A program made the translations under genes and the position numbers. 64,000 nucleotides of DNA, from IMG/VR virus record IMGVR_UViG_3300045051_000720, positions 62,001 through 126,000 of that record, one strand, 5' to 3'. Each line of letters begins with the position of its first letter. Within the stretch, counting starts at the first letter, position 1. Below, one piece after another: positions 56,832-64,000 of this stretch. The notes beneath the pieces are model-generated. The model made no database searches. It had not been told where the DNA came from and saw only the letters and a list, made by a program, of their open reading frames with translations.

Positions 56832-58068
56832 CCGACGTAACCGATCAAGTCTCCTTCGGCTCGGTCGACGACGAAGCGTTGCCCCTTCACCGCTGCATCT
56901 GCGGACGCGAGTTCGGCTCGTGGGAGGAGATTCTCTCCATCTATCCCGACCACCCGTGGCAGTGTCCGCACTGCGGCGCGCGGCTGGTGTTTACCAATTC
57001 AATCAGGGTGTACCGCTGTGAGTGAGATTCCCAACGACATCTACGACCAAATCCCACCTCGCTCCATCCTGATCGTCCGGGGGACCGACGAGGAGGCCCA
57101 AGCGGTCAAGGAGAAGGTTGGGCTTACGACCACGGTCTTCCCGGTCAAGCGGGACACCGATATTTTTTGCATCGTCGAGGAGAGTCTCAACGCCGCGGGG
57201 TGGTTTAAGAGGATGACATGACCCCCACCGAATCCATCCGTGCGCTGGTCGGGCGCTATCAACTGGGCTACTACTTCAACCCCGGCGGGTGCGAGTTCTT
57301 CTCGTCCGCTCATCCATCCATCCCGCACTGCCAGACAAGTGGTGGCTATGAAGAGGAGAAAGACGCCGCCAAGCTCGCGGCGTGGTGTGCGCAACACGAG
57401 GCTGTGCTGACCACCCCACAGCCCGACACCTATCTCTGGTATAGCGAGGGGCAGTACCCCGTCCGCGTGATTCGCGGCAAGTGCTTTCACCGATGCACGC
57501 TCGCGTGTCAGGTCGATGGCGATCACGGCGTTGAGGAATGGGAGCAGGAGTTTGACGACATCGAGGAGATCGAGGGTGGGTGGCGACTGCGCTGTGTGAC
57601 ACGCGGCGAACCCGCGACCTATGTGATTGTCAAACCCGACACGCCCGAGGCCCGCGCTGAGTGGGAGAAGAGATTGTTCACTGACCATCCTTGATGGCCA
57701 TCCGCCGCGCTAAAGATCCCTCGGCTAAGCCATCTCGCGCGCAGATGGATGCCATCATCCGGCGGTATGTCAAGGATGGGGTGACGCCCGATTGGCGCAA
57801 GGACATGCCGATTGCGTACAACCTCTTCAAGCGTTACCCCAGTCTGGCGTTCTGGACCCATCACGAGCTACCCTTTGGACTGAACAGCATGGCGTGGTTC
57901 CTGACCGAGCAGGGTGCGGCACAGCTGGAGAGCGATTGGGTAGTGTTTCACTACGACATTCCTAAGGAACCAGAGTTACCGCCTATTGAGATCCTTATTA
58001 AGCCGCCTTCTCCTTATCATGCTTCCCCCGCAAGGCCTAAAACTGTAGCAGAGTTTTTACGTACCTGA
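56828..58068 (+). CDS. Four small hypothetical proteins, the first a zinc ribbon
   Basis: 56828-57025 (CxC..CPHC), 57018-57221, 57218-57694, 57694-58068. Confidence 0.55.
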
Positions 58069-58982
58069 CCGTATTTTTTGTCAAATCTCTTTTGGGTATG
58101 TTCGGTCCATTTGATATGTCCCGCGTCGTATGCTCTAAGCCACTGCTGGTCATCAACGTTGGGGTCTAAGATTACATATTCCTTACCCCATTCCTTACAT
58201 TTTAGAGACGCCGCCTCGGTCTTCAAATGAACTTCATTGGTAGTCCAAAACTCGATAGGTTTGATTTCGTAGACGATTGCTGGGGTGATAAAATCAGGAT
58301 AGTAGAGGCGGGCGTAACCAGTTTCGTCAATGTAGGGAATAGCGTAGGTTGGATTTTCGCCACTTTCCCAAGGAATTTGTTGCTTCTCTAAGATATCTAT
58401 CATGAAAAATAGTTCTGACTTACTACGGAAATAGTGGCCCTTGTACCATCCTTCGTACCCTCTGCTGCTATGCGTCCAACGTCCATTAGAAACACGTCCC
58501 TTGAGTCTTTGTAGGTTATGTTGTTTAATAAGTCGACGTAATATGACCAAACTTACGCCGTATTTGGCACAGATTTGTTTACGGTGTAAACCACTATGGA
58601 CGTAATCCGCCATCATGGATTGTCTAGTTTCGGGTCGGATGTAATAGTCCCGAAGGGTGACTCCATTTTTTATCAAGTGGCGACCAACGCGATTCGTGTG
58701 TATGCCTAATTGACGCCCTACCTCTGACAGTGATAAGCCATCCTTGACATATAGATCGATCATCTTGTTGGTTATTTCTTTACTCCATGGTGCACGATAT
58801 ATCTTCTTGAGATCTAAAAGGGTTATGAGATCGTGTGCGTATATGTATCGGTGTATTGTATGTTGGCTCACTCCTAGTTCTTGTGCGACCTGCCGCTGGG
58901 TTTTTCCTTCTGATAATTGCTTACGTATCAATTGGTCTTCTTCGGGCGAGAAGATCCATATTCCATGAGGACCCCTATTCAT
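58017..58982 (-). CDS. HTH-repeat plus TnsA-like PD-(D/E)xK endonuclease
   Basis: FRSKSE, YYPDF, YEIKP; AT-rich. Confidence 0.78.
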   Translation of the reverse strand: MNRGPHGIWIFSPEEDQLIRKQLSEGKTQRQVAQELGVSQHTIHRYIYAHDLITLLDLKKIYRAPWSKEITNKMIDLYVKDGLSLSEVGRQLGIHTNRVGRHLIKNGVTLRDYYIRPETRQSMMADYVHSGLHRKQICAKYGVSLVILRRLIKQHNLQRLKGRVSNGRWTHSSRGYEGWYKGHYFRSKSELFFMIDILEKQQIPWESGENPTYAIPYIDETGYARLYYPDFITPAIVYEIKPIEFWTTNEVHLKTEAASLKCKEWGKEYVILDPNVDDQQWLRAYDAGHIKWTEHTQKRFDKKYGQVRKNSATVLGLAGEA

Positions 58983-59046
58983 CCGTGTTGACACCAAGGT
59001 CTAACTATCCTATCATTGCACTTACATGCAGCCATTTTTGTTCTTT

Positions 59047-59196
59047 TCATCGCTTGCCCTCCTTTGCCGTGCTCAAAAACGAATCAAGGATGCGTCGGAT
59101 CAGTTCCGCCGTCTTGAGCCCTTGGGTAAGGGCAACTTGTTCGAGGCCGCGCTTCTGCACGTCTGTCAGATAGATATTGGTTCGGATGTATGACAT
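59047..59196 (-). CDS. Ribbon-helix-helix (CopG-like) regulator, 49 aa, below the ORF-track cut-off
   Basis: MSYIRTNIYLTDVQKRGLEQVALTQGLKTAELIRRILDSFL...; ATAAAC-N12-GGTGTATA upstream. Confidence 0.75.
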   Translation of the reverse strand: MSYIRTNIYLTDVQKRGLEQVALTQGLKTAELIRRILDSFLSTAKEGKR

Positions 59197-59231
59197 GGCG
59201 TTCACTATACACCTACTAACCCACCGTTTAT

Positions 59232-60458
59232 ATGGCCACTCCTAAGCCCTCCAAAACTGCACCCGTAACACCCGCTGAACCAACGGGTTCTGCCGAGGCT
59301 CAGTTGACGAAGTTTCTCAACGCCAACAAGGACGAGCACTTCAACTACGTCGAGGACGCTAACTACGCCGTGTCGACTGGGTCCCTCAACCTAGACGCAG
59401 AGCTTGGGCTACTGGGGCCATCGCTGGTACGTTTGGTCGGCCCGAGCGCCAGTGGAAAAACCTCGTTCGCATTCGGCGTCACGAAGGAGTTTCTTGCGAC
59501 CGTGCCGGGTTCGCGCGCCGTGTACATAAAAGCCGAGGGGAAACTGTCGGCCGATCTCAAGGAGCGCACCGGTTTGACTTTCATTACCGATCCCAAGCTA
59601 TGGGCTGACGGCACGGTGTTTGTATTCGAGTCTAATGTGTACGAGGTGGTCATCAGTCTCATCCGCGAACTGATTACCAACAACCCACAGAACCATCGGT
59701 ACGCCTTCATCCTTGATAGCATGGATGGGCTGATCCTACGGGAGGACGCCGCCAAGACGGTTGACCAGAATGTACGCGTAGCCGGCGCCCCCAAAATTAC
59801 AAAGGAATTTTTACAAAAGGTCAGTGTCGCGATGACCAAGCGCGGGCACCTCTGTTTCTTCCTCGGGCAGGTTTCTGCCGAGATCAAGCTGGACCCTTAT
59901 GCTAAAGGCCCACCCCGTCTAGTGCCCGGTGCTGGTGGTTCAGCGGTCCAACACTTCGCATCACACGTGCTGGAGTTCCAGAACTGGTACGAAGGTGACC
60001 TCATCCTTGAGAAGCCTGAGGAGCGGCTCAACCGCATGACCAACAAAGCGTTGGGGCACATCTGCAAGGTCAAGATCAACAAGACCGACCGCGAGAAGCG
60101 GTACGTGACCGTGGAGATCCCCATCAAGCACAGTCAAACGGGTGGGGGGTCTATCTGGCGTGAGCGCGAGATCGCAGATGCTCTGCTTATGTGGCAGCTC
60201 GTTACCAAGACCAATCCCAACCCGCCTGAGCCCAAGAAGGGCAAGGAGGAACCTGCCAAGGACAAGAAGGGCGGTTCGTGGCTCTACTTCGCGCCGTCGC
60301 TGGTTTCTGACCTAGAAAAGGCGGGTATGGAGCTGTCCAAAGACGAACGGGGTTCCGTCAAGATCCAAGGCATGAACCAGCTCTACGACCTCCTCGAATC
60401 CCGCAAGGACGTGTCCGACTACCTCTTCAACCGCTTCCGCGCGATGGTGGGGTCATGA
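59232..60458 (+). CDS. RecA/UvsX-like recombinase
   Basis: VSTGSLNLD, GPSASGKTS, ILDSMDGL, GG.A..HFAS. Confidence 0.88.
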   Translation: MATPKPSKTAPVTPAEPTGSAEAQLTKFLNANKDEHFNYVEDANYAVSTGSLNLDAELGLLGPSLVRLVGPSASGKTSFAFGVTKEFLATVPGSRAVYIKAEGKLSADLKERTGLTFITDPKLWADGTVFVFESNVYEVVISLIRELITNNPQNHRYAFILDSMDGLILREDAAKTVDQNVRVAGAPKITKEFLQKVSVAMTKRGHLCFFLGQVSAEIKLDPYAKGPPRLVPGAGGSAVQHFASHVLEFQNWYEGDLILEKPEERLNRMTNKALGHICKVKINKTDREKRYVTVEIPIKHSQTGGGSIWREREIADALLMWQLVTKTNPNPPEPKKGKEEPAKDKKGGSWLYFAPSLVSDLEKAGMELSKDERGSVKIQGMNQLYDLLESRKDVSDYLFNRFRAMVGS

Positions 60459-60630
60459 TCGATTTCGACCTGATGGGCTGGATGCTGGATGAAGAGGTGC
60501 GCCCCGTTGCGCCGCCCGACATCGACATATCCGACATCCCCTTCGACGAGTTGGGCGAAGCACACATCCGCCGCGCGGCGACCGAGGCGCGCGAAGAGGT
60601 GGACGATCCACGAGGTTTTCTCAATGACCA

Positions 60631-60870
60631 ATGACCGCCGCTGACATCGTCAAGGCTCATCAGTATCTCTACTACGTCCGCGCCCAGCCAATCTGGACGG
60701 ACTATGATTACGACCGGTTCTGTTCGGTCCATTCTATTGAGGGAGGTGGTGGGTCGGACCGCGCGGCCGATTACGCACCTGACATCGTTAACCTTGCCGA
60801 GCGCATGACACTCGCACCGCATGAATGGTGGCCCGATCTCGTGACCGCGCGGCTGCGTGAGTGTATCTAA
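60631..60870 (+). CDS. Small protein resembling NAD-ligase subdomain Ia
   Basis: YLYYV...PIWTDYDYD. Confidence 0.55.
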   Translation: MTAADIVKAHQYLYYVRAQPIWTDYDYDRFCSVHSIEGGGGSDRAADYAPDIVNLAERMTLAPHEWWPDLVTARLRECI

Positions 60871-60881
60871 GACAGACCCAC

Positions 60882-61298
60882 ATGATGTTCAGAACCCTTA
60901 ACGGACGAGAGCGAGATGTCAGCATCAAGAGATATTTGATCGACTGGTCACCCGAGCGGGAGGTGTCCTCGTTCCAGCGCGACACCAAGCGGTTTCTCTA
61001 TCCCTACTGGCGACACGACATCGTGCTCGAAGAATTTCGCATCCCCGGCGCGGGGTTGCTACGTGTTGATTTACTCAACGTGGTCAAGGGCATCATGGTT
61101 GAGGTGTCTCCCGAGTCCAGCCACTCATATAACGCCTTCTTCCACCGCGGCTCGATGAACGTGTTCAAGGATGCGCTGAAGCGCGACTTGGCCAAGGCCA
61201 AGTGGGCTGAGGCCAATGGGTTTCAGTACGTCGAGATCATCGGCTCGGACTTCCCTTTGTCCCAAGCCGTGTTCGAGCGGCAGGGGGTGACGCTATGA
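60882..61298 (+). CDS. PD-(D/E)xK-like nuclease
   Basis: EEFRIP..LRVD...VEV...H...FFH...RD..K. Confidence 0.6.
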   Translation: MMFRTLNGRERDVSIKRYLIDWSPEREVSSFQRDTKRFLYPYWRHDIVLEEFRIPGAGLLRVDLLNVVKGIMVEVSPESSHSYNAFFHRGSMNVFKDALKRDLAKAKWAEANGFQYVEIIGSDFPLSQAVFERQGVTL

Positions 61299-61485
61299 TG
61301 TCATACGAGTACAACCGCGGCTACGAGGCCGCTAAGCGGGTCATCGCGCATGATGTGGAGAACGGGGACTATATCAATCGACGCGTCGCCGCTGCACACC
61401 ACGCCGCGGTGGGGCGAAGTAGCCTCGATCAAGACGAGTGGACGCAGGGCTGGGTGGCGTATTGTGAGGAGGCGGCGGAGATTTT

Positions 61486-62037
61486 ATGATCACCCTCGAC
61501 GTAGAGACCGGCGGACTCATCGCCACCCAACATGCCCTGCTGAGTATCGGCGCAGTGGACTACACAACCGGCGACGAGTTCTATATCGAGTGTCGCGCGG
61601 GGAGTGCCCTAGAATTGGATGACAAAGCCTTGGCGGTGAATGGCTTCACCCGCGAGCAAGCTCTCGACCCTGCCAAACCCTTTCGGGACGTTGCTTACGT
61701 GCGATTCCTTGACTGGTGTAAGGGGCGTGATTGTCTTGTAGGTGGTCAACAGGTGGGGGCGTTTGATCTCAACTGGCTCAAGCAGGTCCACGTCTACACG
61801 GAAAGTGCGGCAAAGGCGGAGAACTACGTCCACTACGAGGACATCAAGGGTATTACGGCGTGGCCGTTCGGTCATCGTTCCGTTGACCTCCATAGCGTCG
61901 CCTATGCCAAGTTGGGTAAGTCACTCTCCCTCGATGGGATTCTCCAAGCACTCGGCTTGACCCCTGAACCCAAACCCCACAACGCGCTCACGGGCGCGCG
62001 GCTGGAGCGGGACGCATTCAAGCTGTTGTTAGCCTAA
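61486..62037 (+). CDS. DEDDh 3-5 exonuclease
   Basis: LDVETGG, FD, HNAL. Confidence 0.85.
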   Translation: MITLDVETGGLIATQHALLSIGAVDYTTGDEFYIECRAGSALELDDKALAVNGFTREQALDPAKPFRDVAYVRFLDWCKGRDCLVGGQQVGAFDLNWLKQVHVYTESAAKAENYVHYEDIKGITAWPFGHRSVDLHSVAYAKLGKSLSLDGILQALGLTPEPKPHNALTGARLERDAFKLLLA

Positions 62038-62047
62038 CCCCTACCTT

Positions 62048-63448
62048 ATGAGTAAGTCCCAGCCCAACCGTTACGATCAAGACACTGTCGCGCAGTTGCG
62101 CACTCACCTCAAGGACTGCGAGAGCATCAGCGATGCGCTGACCGCTCTCCAAGAGCGCCTTCAGATCACGCGCGACCACGCGCAGCGCCTCAATCGCCAG
62201 TACGCTTTCTGGGGCCGTGCCGAGGGGACCAAGGGTTACGACACCCCCCCACAAACCCCCAACGAAGAGCCCGAGAACGAGGCCGATCTACCCGGCGCGC
62301 CGGGGACCCACGTGTCCTTCAAGGGTGACACGGGTGTCATCGATCTCGTGTCCGAGATGCCCAAGACGCTGGATGAGCTGCTCGCTGCCTGTCAAGTCGA
62401 TCCTGAGATCTGGGAGGTCGAGCGGTACGTGTGCAATCAGTGGCAGATGGGCCGCAAAGACAAGCGGGTCAACCTCACGTGGAGAGAGGGCGTCGCTACG
62501 GGTTTTGTCGACGACTCGGGCAAGATTGCCCGCGCGCCGCTGTGGCAGGTGAAGGCGTGGTTGCGGCGCAAGGTCGAGAAGACCACCCTCAACCTGATGC
62601 TGGAGCAGTTCGCCCTAAAGGCGGCCAAACACGCGCCGCGCAAGTGGGTGTTCGAGCGACCCAAGCGCGCGAAAGGCGACTGTTGTTATGTGCTCAACGG
62701 GCAGGACCTGCACCTCGCGAAGCTGGCGTGGTCACCAGAGACGGGCGGGGCGGACTGGGACATCAACATCGCGCGCAAGGTGGACGACGCTGCCGTCGAG
62801 GATCTGATGGGTAAGGTGCCTATCGAGCGCATCGACGAGGTGATTGTGATCGTCGGCTCGGACCTCCTTCAGGTGGACAACGACAAGAGCACCACCACGG
62901 CGGGGACGTATGTCGATTCCGACTCGCGCCTCGCCAAGGTCTACAATGTGGCCTGCGACATGCTCACGGCGCGCATCGAGCGGCTCGCCTCGCGTTTCAA
63001 GGTCAAGGCTATAGTCATCCCCGGCAACCACGATTCGACTGTGTCCTTCTTCCTCGGTCGCTATCTCGCGGCGTGGTTCCGTACCCACCCCAATGTTGAG
63101 GTGGACTCGCGTCCCCTCAGCCGCAAGTACCACGGGTTCGGCAAGACCCTTTTGACGTTTGACCACGGCGACGAGACCAAGATCAAGGACCTCCCGCTCA
63201 TCATCATGCGCGAGAATCAGGCGACTATCAGTCAGTACCGCTTCATGGAGGCCTTGACGGGCCACCTCCACCACGAGGAGAGCAACGACATCAAGGGTAT
63301 CGTGTTGCGCGTCGCGCCCGCGTTGTGCGCGGCTGACAAGTGGCACGCGCGCAAGGGTCTGGTTGGCTCGATTCGGCGTTCGCAAGGGTTGCTCTATCAG
63401 CGCGAGAACGGGCTGGAGGCCATCTACTATTCAACTCCCCTCGACTAA
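62048..63448 (+). CDS. Calcineurin-like metallophosphoesterase / nuclease
   Basis: DLH, GSD, GNHD, HGD, GHLHH. Confidence 0.8.
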   Translation: MSKSQPNRYDQDTVAQLRTHLKDCESISDALTALQERLQITRDHAQRLNRQYAFWGRAEGTKGYDTPPQTPNEEPENEADLPGAPGTHVSFKGDTGVIDLVSEMPKTLDELLAACQVDPEIWEVERYVCNQWQMGRKDKRVNLTWREGVATGFVDDSGKIARAPLWQVKAWLRRKVEKTTLNLMLEQFALKAAKHAPRKWVFERPKRAKGDCCYVLNGQDLHLAKLAWSPETGGADWDINIARKVDDAAVEDLMGKVPIERIDEVIVIVGSDLLQVDNDKSTTTAGTYVDSDSRLAKVYNVACDMLTARIERLASRFKVKAIVIPGNHDSTVSFFLGRYLAAWFRTHPNVEVDSRPLSRKYHGFGKTLLTFDHGDETKIKDLPLIIMRENQATISQYRFMEALTGHLHHEESNDIKGIVLRVAPALCAADKWHARKGLVGSIRRSQGLLYQRENGLEAIYYSTPLD

Positions 63449-64000
63449 TGACCGGCGACCTCCACATGATAGAGCAACTGGCCGCGCAGCGCCGCGCGCG
63501 AGGCGAGCCTGAGACCTTTTACCAACCCGTGACCAAAGACCTATCCGTTCACTTCTCCTCCGCCTCCAACGAATGGCAGACGCCGAGTTGGCTGTTTGAC
63601 CGCCTCAACGCCGAGTTCGCGTTCGATCTTGACGCTGCCGCCAGCGACGCCAACCATCTCTGTGCGCGATACTATACCGCCGAGCAGGACGCCCTCAAGC
63701 AGGACTGGGGGAAGGATGGTACGGTGGCTTTCATAAATCCCCCCTACGGGCGCCTTGGCCCGCGCTTCCTATCATATGGACACGAGCAGACCATCGCTCA
63801 TCCTCATTTAACCGCGGTCTTCCTTGTACCCGCCCGGCCCGACACCAAGGTATGGCACGAGCACTGCGCGCGCGGCGAGGTGCGCTTCATGCGGGGGCGT
63901 ATAGGCTTCATCAATCCCGCCCTGCCGTCGTTTCGCGCGGATGGTGATTTCAAGGTCTCACCCGCGCCTTTCCCCAGCGCCATCGTGGTCTTCGGCGCGA
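63448..64000 (+). CDS. Phage N6-adenine DNA methyltransferase (3-prime end runs off the window)
   Basis: EWQTP..LFD.L..EF.FDLDAAA, NPPY, LVPARPDT, APFPS. Confidence 0.88.
   Translation, partial: MTGDLHMIEQLAAQRRARGEPETFYQPVTKDLSVHFSSASNEWQTPSWLFDRLNAEFAFDLDAAASDANHLCARYYTAEQDALKQDWGKDGTVAFINPPYGRLGPRFLSYGHEQTIAHPHLTAVFLVPARPDTKVWHEHCARGEVRFMRGRIGFINPALPSFRADGDFKVSPAPFPSAIVVFGA

Noticed and set aside
918-58982. Group I introns or inteins hosting the endonucleases
   Set aside because: Flanking genes are complete and uninterrupted; no splice-junction or intein terminal motifs were seen, including in nrdJ and the recombinase.
1-64000. Stop-codon reassignment suggested by a phage release factor
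   Set aside because: Conserved genes are intact under the standard code and end in TAA, TAG and TGA; no suppressor tRNA was found.
1-64000. CRISPR array
   Set aside because: No regularly spaced direct repeats; recurring motifs are promoters or tRNA ends.

Overview
64 kb segment of a large GC-rich dsDNA tailed phage (host not determinable here; standard genetic code; most genes lack Shine-Dalgarno sites and many appear leaderless). Left part, mostly - strand: a virion-like protein, glycosyltransferase, phage sigma factor, PIF1 helicase (+) and a ~9 kb translation-support region (7.1-16.6 kb). That region has 43 tRNA genes covering all 20 amino acids, an RNase P RNA, a YrlA-type Y RNA, a 6S-like RNA, several orphan structured RNAs, a Cys-phosphatase and a class I release-factor gene. 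The release factor has an RF1-type PxT motif but needs an RF2-type CTT-TGA-C +1 frameshift. The strongest novel signal lies upstream of the tRNA array: an unannotated 41-codon leader peptide containing all 20 amino acids (18 consecutive non-repeating residues) whose last codons form an antiterminator against an intrinsic terminator. This looks like a ribosome-coupled attenuator that would switch the array on when any host tRNA becomes limiting. Right part, + strand: a ~40 kb glycan island (many glycosyltransferases, methyltransferases, Gmd, ColD-like and RfbH-like dehydrases) interspersed with small hypothetical genes, Tad1, a Tat-exported tail-tip-J fragment, class II RNR, RecA/UvsX, nucleases, two adenine methylases and about ten homing-endonuclease-like genes. 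All calls come from reading the sequence by eye; no searches or folding programs were run.
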